Below, in pieces: positions 1 through 13,480 of a stretch of DNA of 64,000 nt; positions within the stretch are counted from its first letter, which is position 1, and each line of letters opens with the position of its first letter. Location of the stretch: positions 855,662,001 to 855,726,000 of the forward strand of contig NW_027362762.1 in assembly GCF_046119375.1 (NCBI RefSeq), in the 5' to 3' direction. This DNA is from Phyllobates terribilis (lineage: Eukaryota). The position numbers and the translations under genes were made by a program. The notes beneath the pieces are model-generated. The model made no database searches. It saw only the letters and a list, made by a program, of their open reading frames with translations, and was not told the DNA's origin.

Positions 1-367
1 ATGTTGTAGGACCAGAGACCCTGATTCCAGCGAAGTGTCACTTACTGGACTGCTTGCTGCAGTTTTTTTGATTCCATGTTTTTTCTGCTGTAGATGTAGC
101 AGAACTCTGTGTGCTGAACTGTGTACAACCCCACCCAAAACCCTGATTGGCAGCTTCCTGTGTGCACTGTACATTGTCAGCAAGCTGGTGGGGGAGGGGT
201 TACATAGAGAAGCTGGACTGACCTGCACATGATGCCTAGTCCTGAAGAGATAAGCTACTTCTGATAAAACACTGATTGTATTGAAAGTATAGCACACAGC
301 CTAATAAGTGACCCCTACATCTTGTTTCTTTTAGGCTGAAAAGCAAAATCTTGCTGATAGATTCCCT
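1..367. mobile_element. T2/Kolobok-type MITE, right part (truncated by the window edge)
   Basis: Ends ...GCTGATAGATTCCCT followed by TTAA (368-371). The same end type is seen at 14122 and 27575, and the internal sequence resembles 24365-24507 and 27326-27575. Confidence 0.55.
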
Positions 368-1399
368 TTAATTGCATACATTCATTCTTTTTAGCATTTA
401 ACCAGCGCTTTTTTGCAATCTGGGTATGGCGCTTACCCGACAGAAAATGATGTCATTAACACATACCCTAAGGGTTTGCTGACACTGAGGTGTTGAGGTG
501 TTCACAGGAGAATTTTGGCATAAAAAACCTTAATAAGTCACAATATTTTTGTGCAACTCTAAAGTTGTTGGTGTTTCACGCTTGACCCGGCCCGTAACGC
601 AATTATGGGTGGAGCACGTCAAGACAGGGCATAGCTAAGCCTGCCGGTCAAATTCATGAAAATTTTCACTACTTTAGTGGCATAACTTGCTCTAGAAATG
701 TACTGGCTGGAGAACATTTCTGCCTGAAGTGCACAGCACTTGTAAGAGGCACCTAACAAATGAAGTGGTTTGTGCCTCTAATGAATTAGCACATCTTACT
801 CCAGGGGCTGGTGTGTACAACGATGGTTTTAATAAATCGGGACCTTTTAGTTTCTTTTTGGAATGAGAACCAAGCGGAAACTTTTTGGAATGAAAACTGA
901 TCAGGGTGTGTCAGGATGCGCAAAGGGGTTAAAGACTCGCGGAAATGGGCCAAAAATGCTAGGTAATCCGTGTGCCAGCTAATGAAATGACAATCCTGAA
1001 GTGCTGTGCACATGATCAGGAATTGTCCTGTCAGGATTATCATTGCGTTTAAATCTACAGTATGTCAATTCTTCGTAGCGTTTATGCAGCGTTTTTCACC
1101 CATTGACTTCAATTTAGTCAGTCAAATCCGCAGCAAAAACACAGGTATAAATATATTTGCTGTTGATGTTTGCTGCGTATTTAACTGACTCAATTCAAGT
1201 CAATGAGTCAAAAACCCGGCAAAAACGCAAAAAGAATTGCCCACGGGAGACTACTCCTCCCATCATCATACAGCCGCTCCCACTGATAATAGCAAGAGTA
1301 GGTGCGGCTGAGGCGTGAAGTAGTCTCCTCAGCCAGCGTCTGTGCACTGTGAAAAAAAAAAAAAGGAAAAATAAATTGATAATAAAATAAAAAAACACA

Positions 1400-2490
1400 T
1401 GTATATTCACCTGTCCACCGTACCCAGAGTGTCCCACGGCAATCGATCACCCGGCAGCTGGCAATACACTGACAGGAGAGCGATCGCTCCCGGCAGTGTA
1501 TAGTGCTGCACTGCTGGGACTGAGTTTACCGGAGTTCATGAACTGAAGATCAGTTGAGAGTTCTGGTGCCCTCACGGCATCGGTGCTGCGTGAGAATTTT
1601 CCCACACAACACTAATGCAGTAAATGAGGTCACCAGAGCTCTCAGCTGATCTTCAGTTGATGAATTCAAGTGACTTCACTCCTGCAGCACAGCGCTATAC
1701 ACTGACAGGAGTGATTACACTCTTGTCAGTGTATACAGTGCTCTCCTCTACAACAGTCACATCAGTGATTGCTGATGTGGCTGCTGTAGAAGTGACCCAG
1801 ATCTTCCCGGGACACTGTGGATTACGTTATGATGACAGACAGGTAAGGGATGTTGTTGTTTTTTATTTTTAGTTTCTTACAGGAGACGAGGGCATTGGGG
1901 ATTAAGTGTTAGGTGAGTATACGATTTTTTTTATTTTTAAATAAATTATTAAAACCGTGTGTTATTTTATTTAAAATAAAAGACTGTATTCTGGCCATGT
2001 CTTTATTTCAAAAACTTTACTATGCCCCCCATTACTAACCTGGGCTTCATGTCAGCTGACAATACAAGGCTAACATGAACACCAACCCTATTACCCCACT
2101 TGCCACCGCACCAGGGCAAGTGGGAAGAGTGGAGGCTAAGCGCAAGATTTGGCGCATCTTATGGATGCGCCATTTCTGGGGACACTGAGAGCTGACATTA
2201 GCCTCGGAGGGAATGAGGATCCATAGCCCCTTCCCTGGATATTAAGATCAGCCCACAGCTGTCTGCCTAGCCTTTTCTGGTTAGATTTTATAGGGGGACC
2301 CTATGTTAATTTTTTTCTGGGGTCCCTCTGTAATCTAGCCAGTAAAGGCTAAGCAAACAGCTGTGGGCTGCTATTAATAGCCAGGGAATATTTTTGGCTA
2401 ATGGCCCCTACCCCGACTACTAATATCAGCCCCCAGTGGTTGGCTTTCCCTCTGTTGGTTATGAAAATGACGCGGGAGCCCAAGCTATTT
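1400..2490. mobile_element. Non-autonomous DNA-element fragment with a palindromic core; same family as the arms of the 5379-9578 element
   Basis: Internal inverted repeat at about 1465-1740 (GAACTGAAGATCAG ... CTGATCTTCAGTT). The 2030-2460 segment closely resembles 8500-8900 (CCATTACTAAC..., ATGGATGCGCCATTTCTGGGG). Confidence 0.5.
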
Positions 2491-2502
2491 TTTTACATTT
2501 TA

Positions 2503-3032
2503 GGCTATGTGCCCATGATCCAGACGTAGCAGCGCATTGGACGCAGCATATTTATACTGCGTCCAAAACGTTGTGTTCTATTGAACACAGGTAAATCCAC
2601 ATGTGTTCACTGAAAAATACATTCTATTGGTCAAATTTCTGTGACTCCGCAAGTGAATTTGACATGCTGCAGTCCTGAAAAACGCGCCGCATGTCAGTGT
2701 CCCCGGGTGATCCACAGCCTCAGATGCACGCATAGTGGACATGGGATTAATAGAAATACCGTCCACTCTGCTGTAACATCTGGCCACTGCAGGTTAATGC
2801 AGCGTCAAACCCGCAGCATTTACTGATCATGGGCACGTACCCAAACTCACCCATAGCATGTCAATTCCTGTAGTGGAGACGCTAATCTACGCTGCAGATT
2901 TTGACCGATTGAAATGTCATTACATGCGGTGGATCCGCATTTACTGACAAAACATTAGAACACTGCGTTTTAGACGCAGTGAAAATACGCTGTGTCCAAT
3001 GCGCTGATAGTCGCTGATCATGGGGACATAGC
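2503..3032. mobile_element. PIF/Harbinger-type MITE(s)
   Basis: TTA then GGCTATGTGCCCATGATC at 2503, with inverted ends GATCATGGGCACGTACCC (to 2842) and GATCATGGGGACATAGC (to 3032). Confidence 0.55.
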
Positions 3033-3628
3033 TGTTACGGCTGTGTCAGGTTTGACAGACAGTCATTCTGGATCCGGCTGTAGAAGGTTGCTGCGCTTGG
3101 CCTTGCAGACACCTTCTTCATTCTTTCATCACCCCCCCCCCCTCTCTAGGACCCAGCAGTGATCTCCATCTTCTGCTACTAATTGACACACCCTTGCTGG
3201 ATCTTTAAATACACGCAGTTTCTCCAGAGAGTTGCCGGTGATAGAGCTAATTCCTCTGTTCAGGTCTGGAATTCTAGCAGTCGGCTAGATTCCCCTTGGA
3301 GTTCCTTTTGTGGATTGTAGTCGTCATCTCTCTAGTGTCTTCTCAAAGCTAAGTGTATCCCCTTGTATGTTTCCCTTGTTGGTCTTTAGTTGCAGTGGGG
3401 CTGACTAGTGCTCACCCCTCCCCTTCCCTACATATATCCTAGCTCTAGGGTCAGCCAGGGCTAAGGTATCATGCTCGATGATAGGTGTGGAACCCATTTA
3501 GGGCCGTTAAGGGAGTTAGGGTGTTGTTAGATCTGTTTAGGGGTCTCCACTCACCCTTTCCCTAGTTGCTGGGCTTTCCCCCTTTTCCCATCGTCATACA
3601 CTGGGTTCTTTCCATACCTAGCATGACA
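3033..3628. mobile_element. Solo LTR (596 bp)
   Basis: TGTTACG...CATGACA termini (TG..CA) flanked by the near-identical 5-bp direct repeat ATAGC/GTAGC; no internal coding region. Confidence 0.65.
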
Positions 3629-3636
3629 GTAGCGGC

Positions 3637-3906
3637 AATAATAATAATCTTTTTATTTATATAGCGCCAACATATTCTGCAGCGTTTTACAATTCAGACA
3701 ATTTACAGACATTATCACCACTGTCCCCACTGAGGCTCGCAATCTACATTCCCTATCACTATGTCTTTGGAATGTGGGAGGAAACCAGAGAACCCCGAGG
3801 AAACCCACGCAAACACATACAAACTCCTTGCAATTGTTGTCCCTGGTGGGATTTGAACCCAGGACCCCAGCGCTGCAAGGCTGCAGTGCTAACCACTGAG
3901 CCACCC
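3637..3906 (-). mobile_element. tRNA-derived SINE (V-SINE-like)
   Basis: On the minus strand: A box TGGCTCAGTGG, B box GGTTCAAATCC, central GGGTTTCCTCGGGGTTCTCTGGTTTCCTCCCACATTCCAAAGACAT (V-domain-like), and a 3' tail ending GCTATATAAATAAAAAG(ATT)n. Confidence 0.8.
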
Positions 3907-5378
3907 TGCTGCTAACCAAACATGAGCTGTTGTTAATAGCCAGGTAAATGACATGAATGGGAATTAGGGCTAATGGGATTAGTGTTTATGGGATTAGGTG
4001 TCACTGACACCTAACCCTTTGTTTAGTGATGAAAAGGTGTCAACTAGACACCCTCATTACTAAACCTGTAAACTGTAAGTAAAGAGTTAAATAAACACAC
4101 ACACTGAGATTAAAACACTTTATTTGAAATAAAACAGACACATTCTTTAATCATTTAAATTAACCAATATACCTCCAAGTCCCATAGTAATCCAAGGGTT
4201 AAAGCGATGTCTCACGTTTCTTTTTTCAAATATTTTTATTTAGCTCCTAAAAGCATTCATGCTGTACAAAAACACATCAAAATAGCAGCAAAACGCACAT
4301 TTTTGCCACAGTGTTTTTCTTGCCAAGAGATGCAGAAACCTTGCACAAATTACTGCAATCAAATCCTGAACGTGCGCACATACCCTAAGAGGTCATGTTT
4401 GCCAGTATTTTTAAGTGTTATTCTTAAGAAAAGTTTGAAAAATGCCTAGTGGGAAAAAAAAAGTGCATTTCACTTCTTTGAAGCGGTTCCTGTTGGAATC
4501 TGTTCCAAAAAACTGTTAAATGAAAAGGCTGGGAAAAAAAATGCTTCAGGAACAAAACTCTTCAAAGCCGCATCAGGAAAAGACCCCCTCCCCCGAGTAA
4601 ATACCCCAAAAAGAGTTATTTACTAGAGCAGATTCTACTTGAAAAACCTTTTTTTTTTTTAAGCCTTAAAATCTGTGTGAACATAACCTTAGGCTGCACC
4701 CAATGCTAAAAGGCCTGTTGCATAGAGAATCCGCATTATGAAAGATTGAATTTAATTAGCACAGAAATTTTGACTTGTCTTTTTACTTTGTAATGTTAAA
4801 ATATGACATATTGTGGATATGAATAATGTTGCTCTTTAGCAATATGGTGACTCTCCCAATTGCCAACCATCATGTTCTATTAGCAACTGATCATAAAGAA
4901 CAAAAATATATTATCGCCCATAGCAACTCGTCAGCTCTCATTAAGGAGGTAACGGCATAAGGAGTTTTCACAGTGTAATCATTGTAGACTTTTCAGTGTC
5001 AGCATTTTATTTGCTGGTGAATTAGATCTGCTCACATATAATCCTGATGCCATTATCCTAGCAGAAAAAAACTCCATGATGAAAATATACCCATCTGACT
5101 ATACGAGATTAATATAAGCTCATAAGCAACATTGCCAAAATCAGGGTTTCTTTTAATTACGTAATTAATTTAAATCCATAATGTTTTTATCCATAGCTGC
5201 CTAATTTTTCTAGACATTTATTTATTTTTTACAAGGGAATGCCCACATGTAAGATGCATAGTCCTAGAATATTTGATTTGCATTTTGCTTTGTTTTGTAA
5301 TTTGTAACAGATACATTGTAAACATCCATCTAACCATCACCCTTTTTCTGCTAAAGAGCTGAGCAGATAAGCAGTGGC

Positions 5379-8300
5379 TAGTGTTGAGCGATACATACCT
5401 TCCGATATCAGGAAATATCGGATCGGATTGGATCGGGCCGATACTCAAAAAGTATCGGATATCGCCGATTCCGATACCGGAAACCAATGCAAGTCAATGG
5501 GACACAAATATCGGAATGCAAATAAACCCTTTCTTTCCTTGTAGGTTAATTCTACATGAAGGAAAACAACTAACAATAATGTAGAATGTATTGGGGGAGG
5601 TGGTTGCCCAAATCGATGGGAACAGTACTCACAGTGAAACATGAAAAGCCGGCAATTCAGCAGCGGCATACACCAGTACCCGACAATTTAGAACAGAAAG
5701 AATAGAGCTTCACACATAGATTAGATAGATAGAAACATGTCAGTCACATATATAAGAAGTACAGTGACAGTGTTGCTTACTGTACTTGTCATTTAGTGTA
5801 AAGGATTTATTTAAAAAAATAATAGTGTTTTCATGCACCGTCTCTTTAAAAAAGCCGGCCGGCAATTCAGCAGTGGCATACACCGGTACCCGACAATTTA
5901 CAACAGAAAGAATAGAGCATCATACATAGATTAGATAGATAGAAACATGTCAGTCACATATATAATAAGTACAGTGATAGTGTTGGTTACTGTACTTGTC
6001 ATTTAGTGTTAAAATAAAGGATTTATTTAAAAAAAATTGGCGTGGGGTTCCCCGTAATTTTAGTCTCTAGCGGAGGTTAAGCAGACGGCTGGGGCAGATG
6101 TTTGATGTCTGGGAAGGGGGTAATACCCATGGAGCTTCCCAGGCTACTAATATCAGCCCCCAGCTGAATACCTAGCCTTTACTAGCTATTAAAATGGGGG
6201 ACCCCCCAAAAAAATGATGTGGGGTCCCCCCTATTTTAATAGCTAGCAAAGGCTAGGCAGACAGCTGGGGGCTGATATTAATAGCCCAGGAAGGGTGCCA
6301 TGAATATTGGCCCCCTCCCAGGCTAGAAACACCAGCCGTCAGCCGCCCCAGAAATGGCGCATCCATAGGATGCGCCAATTCTGGCACTTAGCCTCGCTCT
6401 TCCCACTGCCCTGTAGCGGTGGCAGTGGGGTAATAGGGCCGGGGTTGATGTCAGCTTATAATGCCAGCTGACATCAAGCCCAGGTTAGTAATGGAGAGGC
6501 GTCTATAAGACACCCCCATTACTAACCCCATAGTCAAAGTTACAAAAAAACACAAACACCCAGAATAAAGTCCTTTAATTGAAATAAACACGCAATTCTT
6601 TATTGTTCTAAATTAAACCATACTTACCATCACGCCCATTCCAGCTGAAGCCAACGATCTCCTGCAATAAAAGAAAAATAATAAACCAACATCATCCTTA
6701 CCTTTCCATGGTTCCCAGGACAGCTCCAGCTCTGCTACATCGAGATGACAGGCTGGACCGCAGCAGAAAGCTGCCATCCAGCCTGTCATCCCGCAGACAC
6801 TGAGAAGCGCAGGTATGCTTGCGTTCCTCAGTGTCTGGCTGTGACGGCATCCAGATGAGCCGACAATGAACTCAGCTCACCTCATGCACGTCGCTGACAG
6901 CGTGGGAGAATTCTCCTGCGCATGCTGTGAGCGTGAGAGAATTCTCCTGCTGAAGCGCTGAGCGCAGGAGAATTTCCCACGCTGTCAGTGACGTGCATGA
7001 GGTGAGCTGAGTTCATTGGACATGACCTCGGCTCATCTGGATGCCGTCACAGCCAGTCACTGCAGAGCGCAAGCATGCCTGCGCTTCTCAGTGTCTGCGT
7101 GATGACAGGCTGGATGGCAGCTTTCTGCTGCGGTCCAGTTTGTCATCTGGATGTAGCAGAGCTGAAGCTTTAAAAAAATTGACGTGGGGCTTCGCACTAT
7201 ATTTGTGTCCAGCCAGGTACAGCAGGCAGGAACGGGCTGCGCCCAACCACCAGCTGCCTATTTGTACCTGGCCGGGCACAACAATATAGGGAAGCCCTTT
7301 TTTTCTTAATTATTTCATGAATTTCATGAAATAATTTTAAAAAAAATACGTGGGGCTTCGCCCTATTTTTGTGTCCAGCCAGGTACAACTAGGCAGCTGG
7401 GGGCTGGAATCTGCAGCGCAGGGAGGCCCAAGCTTTCTGGGCCCTCCCCGCTGCAAATTGCAGTCTGCAGCCACCCCGGAAAATGGCACGTTCATAGAAG
7501 CGCCATCTTCTGGCACTGTATCCAACTCATCCAGGGCCCTGGTGCGGTGGCTCATTGGGTAATAAAGGGGTTAGGGCCAGCTTGGTATTATCAGCTGGCC
7601 CTAAGCCCGAAATTCATGGGGTCACGCCAATATTAGACATGACCGCCATGAATTTCTAGTAAACTATTTAAAAAAAACACAACACCCAGAATAAAGTCTT
7701 TTAATTGAAATAAACACACAATTCTTTATTGTTCTAAATTAAACAATACTTACCATCACGCCCATTCCAGCTGAAGCCAACGATCTCCTGCAATAAAAGT
7801 AAAATAATAAAGCAACATCATCCTTACCTTTCCATGGTTCCCACGACAGCTTCAGCTCTGCTACATTCACATGACAGGCTGGATCGCTGCAGAAAGCTGC
7901 CATCCAGCCTCTCATCCCGCAGACACTGAGAAGCGCAGGCATGCTTGCGCTCCTCAGTGTCTGGCTGTGACGGCATCCAGATGCGCCGAGTTCATGTCCA
8001 GTGAACCCAGCTCACCTCATGCACGTTACTGACAGCGTGGGAAAATTCTCCTGCACTCAGCGCTTCAGCAGGAGAATTCTCCCACGCTGTCAGTGACGTG
8101 CATGAGGTGAGCTGAGTTCATTGGACATGAACTCGGCTCATCTAGATGCCGTCACAGCCAGACACTGAGGAGCGCAAGCATGCCTGCGCTTCTCAGTCTC
8201 TGCGGCATGGCAAGCTGGATGGCAGCGTTCTGCTGCGGTCCAGCCTGTCATGTGAATGTAGCAGAGCTGAAGCTGTCGTGGGAACCATGGAAAGGTAAGG

Positions 8301-9578
8301 ATGATGTTGCTTTATTATTTTACTTTTATTGCAGGAGATCGTTGGCATTAGCTGGAATGGGCGTGACGGTAAGTATGGTTTAATTTAGAACAATAAAGAA
8401 TTGTGTGTTTATTTCAATTAAAGGACTTTATTCTGGGTGTTTGTGGGTTTTTTTTAACTTTGACTATGGGGTTAGTAATGGGGGTGTCTTATAGACGCCT
8501 CTCCATTACTTAACTGGGCTTGATGTAAGCTGACATCAACCCAAGCCCTATTACCCCACTGCCACCGCTACAGGGCAGTGGGAAGAGCGAGGCTAAGTGC
8601 CAGAATTGGCGCATCCTATGGATGCGCCATTTCTGGGGCGGCTGACGGCTGGTGTTTCTAGCCTGGGAGGGGGCCAATATTCATGGCACCTTTCCTGAGC
8701 TATTAATATCAGCCCCCAGCTGTCTGCCTAGCCTTTGCTAGCTATTAAAATAGGGGGGACCCCACGTCATTTTTATTGGGGGGTCCCCCATTTTAATAGC
8801 TAGTAAAGGCTAGGTATTCAGCTGGGGGCTGATATCAGTAGCCTGGGAAGCTCCGTGGGTATTACCCCCTTCCCAGGCTTCAAACATCTGCCCCAGCCGT
8901 CTGCTTAACCTCCGCTAGAGACTAAAATTACGGGGAACCCCACGCCAATTTTATTTTAAATAAATCCTTTATTTTAACACTAAATGACAAGTACAGTAAG
9001 CAACACTGTCACTGTACTTCTTATATATGTGACTGACATGTTTCTATCTATCTGATCTATGTGTGATGCTCTATTCTTTCTATTCTAAATTGTCGGGTAC
9101 CGATGCTGAATTGCCGGCCGGCTTTTTTAAAGAGACGGTGCATGAAAACACTATTATTTTTTTAATAAATCCTTTACACTAAATGACAAGTACAGTAAGC
9201 AACACTGTCACTGTACTTCATATATATATATGTGACTGACATGTTTCTATCTATCTAATCTATATGTGATACTCTATTCTTTCTATTCTAAATTGTCGGG
9301 TACCGCTGCTGAATTGCCGGCCGGCTTTTTTTAAGAGACGGTGCATGAAAACACTATTATTTTTTTTAATAAATCCTTTACACTAAATGACAAGTACAGT
9401 AAGCTGAGCGCTGCCATCCAGCTTGTCATCCTTCAGAGACACTGCAGAGCGCAGGCATTATGGGAACTTCCGATTCTGGTATTCGATATTCTAAAAGTAT
9501 CGGAACTCAGTATCGGAACTCCAATACCGCGAATATCGGTCGATACCCGATATTTCAGTATCGGAATGCTCAACACTA
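5379..9578. mobile_element. Non-autonomous hAT element (4.2 kb) with a foldback interior
   Basis: TIRs TAGTGTTGAGC...GCTCAACACTA; perfect 8-bp TSD GCAGTGGC (5371-5378 and 9579-9586); long internal inverted arms at about 5650-6960 and 8060-9400. Confidence 0.9.
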
Positions 9579-9609
9579 GCAGTGGCACATCTGAGAGCCA
9601 TTATACTAT

Positions 9610-10401
9610 GAAAATTTCTGCAGCATTTCTGCATCTCCCTGGCAGAAAAAAACGCATGCAGATTGTGCATGCATTTTTCCTGCAGAATACATGCGGATTC
9701 ACATGCGTATCCACATGCGTTAACGCATGTGTTTCCGCATGCGGACTGACAAGCACTTTCTAGGCGATAGCATCACTTGGAAAGTGCTTGACAACTAGGT
9801 CACACTGTATAAATCCATGCAAACAGCATGGATTTATACAGTGTGACTGTAAAAATAAAAAAATAAAAGCTATACTTACTTCCGATGCCGCCGCGTGAGC
9901 TGTCGCGCTCCTTCCTGGTTCCTTCCTGGCTTGCCGGCATCTCGCGAGACAGCCTGCGGTCACATGACCGCGACGTCATCTCAGGTCCTGGAAGGAGAAG
10001 CGCTGCAGGGGCCGCCGGACAGGTGAATATAACTTTTTTTAATTTTTTTTTTTTTTTTCACAGGTACAATGGTACCCAGGTCTGGATGAGAGTCTCCTCT
10101 CCTCCAGACCTGGGTACCATCCGCACATTGAACCGCATATAATCCGCTTGTACAAATGTACAGACACGGATTCTATGCGTTTCAATGCAAGTCAATGGCG
10201 GCGCTTCCGCTGCGCTTCAGCAAAATTAATGAACATGCTGCGGATTTATGAGCGCTGCAGAAACGCTGCGGAAAAATCCGCAGCATGTGCATTGACATTG
10301 CGGAATGCCCTTGCGGACCATGGGGTGCGGATTACCATGCGTTTTCGCTGCGGAAATTCCGCAACATAAACGCATGAAAAACGCATCGTGTGCACGCAGC
10401 C
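9610..10401. mobile_element. Harbinger-type MITE, left end missing
   Basis: Right TIR GCATCGTGTGCACGCAGCC followed by TAA; body matches the complete copy at 23195-24054. Confidence 0.75.
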
Positions 10402-12080
10402 TAAAACAGAATCTGTCAGTAGGATCTACCCTCCTAAGCCGTCTATATGGGCACACAAGTTATAGGAAGCTGAATAAAATGATACCTTTACATTTGCGAT
10501 CCGATGTCTTATTCCAGAGAATCCTAATTTTTCTTATATGTAAATGAGCTGTTCCAGGCTATGGGCCGGACATGGATCTCTCTGAGAATTTGCCTCCAGA
10601 GATTATATTAACCCCTTTAAAGCCCATGACGTACTAATACGCGTCTGTGCCCTGGGACTTAAGAGCCTGACCCCTATTAGTACGTCATGGCGATCGCGCG
10701 CACACAGGCTGTGCGGGCGTGATCGCCGCCGGGTGTCAGCTGATTGTAACAGCTGACACCCAGTACTATGTGCAGGAAGCGGTTCCGCACCGCTCCCAGC
10801 ACATTAACCCCCGCAATGCTGCGATCAAAGTCGATCGCAGCATTGCGGTGGCTAAGGGGAGGTGATCGGGATACCTCCTCTTCCGGGCTCCAGCGCTGTC
10901 TGCCGCGGCTTCCCGGGTGTTGCCATGACGACCCGATGTCGTCATGACAACATCCGGGTCACCAGACAGCAGGAAGATTTTTTGGTCATGCGCAGTGCAT
11001 GACGAAACTATCTTCTCACTGTGCAGCGCTGACAGCCTGCATAGCACAGGGATGGTGCTCCATCCCTATGCTATGCAGGCGATCAGAATAAAAAAAGTGA
11101 AAGTCCCATAGTGGGACAAAGTATACAAATAAAAAACTGTCAGAAAGTGGAAAAAAAAATAAAAAAAAAAAATTGTAAAAATATATAAAAAAAAAAATAA
11201 TAATAATCCACCAAAAATAAAGATATAATGTACCCATCAATAAATATTATGAATAAAAACAAACAAACATACAATAAAAGTACACATATTTGGTATCGCC
11301 GCGTCCAGAACGACCTGACCTATAAAATTGTCCCACTAGTTAACCCCTTCAGTGAACACGGTAAAAAAAAATACTAAAAAAACAAAGCAAAAAACAATGC
11401 TTTATCATTATACTACCAAACAAAAAATTGAATAACACGCGATCAAAAAAGACGAATATAAATAAAAATGGTACCTCTGAAAACATCATCTTGTCCCGCA
11501 AAAAACAAGCCACCATACAGCTCCATCATCCGAAAAATCAAAAAGTTATAGCTCTCAGAATAAAGCAATGCAAAAAAATAATTTTTTCTATAAAATAGCT
11601 TTTATTGTGTAAAAGTGCCAAAACATAGAAAAACTATATAAATGTGGTACCGCTGTAAACGTACTGACCCGAAGAATAAAGCTACCTTATAAATTTTACC
11701 ACACGCGGAGTAGAATAAAAAAATGTAAAAAAAAACAATTCCTGAATTGTTGGTTTTTGTTTATTCTGCCTCCCAAAAGCTGGAATAGAAAGTGATCAAA
11801 AAATGTCACGAGTCTGAAAATGGCACCAATAAAAACGTCAACTCATCCCGCAAAAAACAAGCCATCACATGACTCTGTCGGCCAAAATTTGGAAAAATTA
11901 TAGCTCTCAAAATATGGCGATGCAAAAACTAGATTTTACAAAATATGTGTCTTTTAGTGTATGACAGCTGTCAATCATAAAAACCCGATATGATTCTGGT
12001 ATCTCTGTAGTCGCACCGACCTGAAGAATAAGGTCGTCTAATCACTTATACCACACTAGGAACAGCGTAAAAAATAAACG

Positions 12081-12150
12081 TTAGGGCTGGGGTTGGGGTT
12101 AGGGTTGTGCTAAAGTTAGGGTTGGGCTAGGGTAGGGTTAGGGTTGGGGT
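12081..12150 (+). repeat. Degenerate telomere-like (TTAGGG/TTGGGG) array inside the piggyBac-like element
   Basis: TTAGGGCTGGGGTTGGGGTTAGGGTT...TTAGGGTTGGGCTAGGGTAGGGTTAGGGTTGGGGTT. Confidence 0.7.
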
Positions 12151-12203
12151 TGTTTGTTTTTTTCAAAAGTAAAAAAAAAAAAAAAAGATGACAATATGGC
12201 AAC

Positions 12204-12491
12204 TAGTGTTGAACGCAAGTGCTCGCTAATTGAGTTTGCATCGGGTGCTCGGGTATGCATTGAGTATCGCGGGTGCTCGAGTCTCCGCCCCATATGCTTC
12301 GCAGCCAAAAAAAACTTGCGGGGATTGCCTGCCATGCACGAGCGATCCCCGCATGTTTTTTTTGGGGTGTCTAATAACCGTGAAACATGCGGGCGGAGGA
12401 CTCGAGCATGTCACTTGAGCACCCGTGATACATGGTGCATACCTGAGTACCTGATGCAAACTCAAGTAGTGAGCACTTGCGCTCAAGACTA
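12204..12491. mobile_element. hAT MITE (288 bp)
   Basis: TIRs TAGTGTTGAACGCAAGTGCTC / GAGCACTTGCGCTCAAGACTA; 8-bp TSD ATGGCAAC/ATGACAAC (one mismatch). Confidence 0.8.
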
Positions 12492-12574
12492 ATGACAACT
12501 TATTCAATATGATGACCTAATGTCATCAAATTCTGTGTCGTACCTCTGGGTACAAAATGTTCACTATACCCCTT

Positions 12575-13480
12575 CATAAAATCCTTGAGGGGTGTAGTTT
12601 CCAAAATGGGGTCACTTGTGGGGGGTTTCCACTATTTAGGCATATCAGGGGCTCTCCAAACGCGACATGGCGTCCTCTCTCGATTCCAGCCGATTTTGCG
12701 TTCAAAAAGTCACACAGTGCTCCTTCCCTTCTGAACTCTGCCGTGCACCCAAACACTGTATTTTCCCCACATATGGGGTATTGGCGTACTCAGGAGAAAT
12801 TGCACAAAAGTTTTTGGGGTCCATTTTCTCCTCTTACCCTTGTGAAAATAAAAAAATTGGGGCTTAAACATCATTTTTGTGGAAAAAGTTAGATTTTTTT
12901 ATTTTCACTGCTCCATGTTATAAACTTCTGTAAAGGACTTGGGAGTTCAAGGTGCTCACCACACATCTAGATAAGTTGCCTAAGGGGTCTAGTTTCCAAA
13001 ATGGTGTCACTTGTGGGGGGTTTCCACTGTTTAGGCACATCAGGGGCTCCCCAAAAGCAACATGGCGTCCGCTAATTATTCAAGCAAATTTTACATTTAA
13101 AAAGTCAAATGGCGCTCCTTCCCTTCCGAACCCTGCCGTGCTCCCAAACAGTGGTTTTCCCCACATATGGGGTATCTGCATGCCCAGGGGAAATTGCACA
13201 ACAAATTTTGGGGTCCATTTTTTCCTGTTACCCCTGCAAAAATAAAAAAAATTGGGTCTAAAGTAACATTTTTGTGAAAAAAGTTAAATGTTCATTTTTT
13301 TCTTCCACATTCCAAAAATTCCTGTGAAGCACCTGAAGGGTTAATAAAGTTCTTGAATGTGGTTTTGAGCACCTTGAGGGGTGAAGTTTTTAGAATGGTG
13401 TCACTTTTGGGTATTTTCTGTTATAAAGACCTCTCAAAGTGACTTCAAATGTGATGTGGTCCCTAGAAAAATGGTTTTGT
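12575..13480 (+). repeat. Internal tandem duplication, about 390-bp units, in the piggyBac-like element
   Basis: The block TTTCCAAAATGG(G/T)GTCACTTGTGGGGGGTTTCCACT recurs at about 12598 and 12993, with a partial third unit at about 13390. Confidence 0.7.

Noticed and set aside
3850-3906. tRNA-like sequence
   Set aside because: It is the head of a SINE, continuing into SINE body and tail with no complete cloverleaf.
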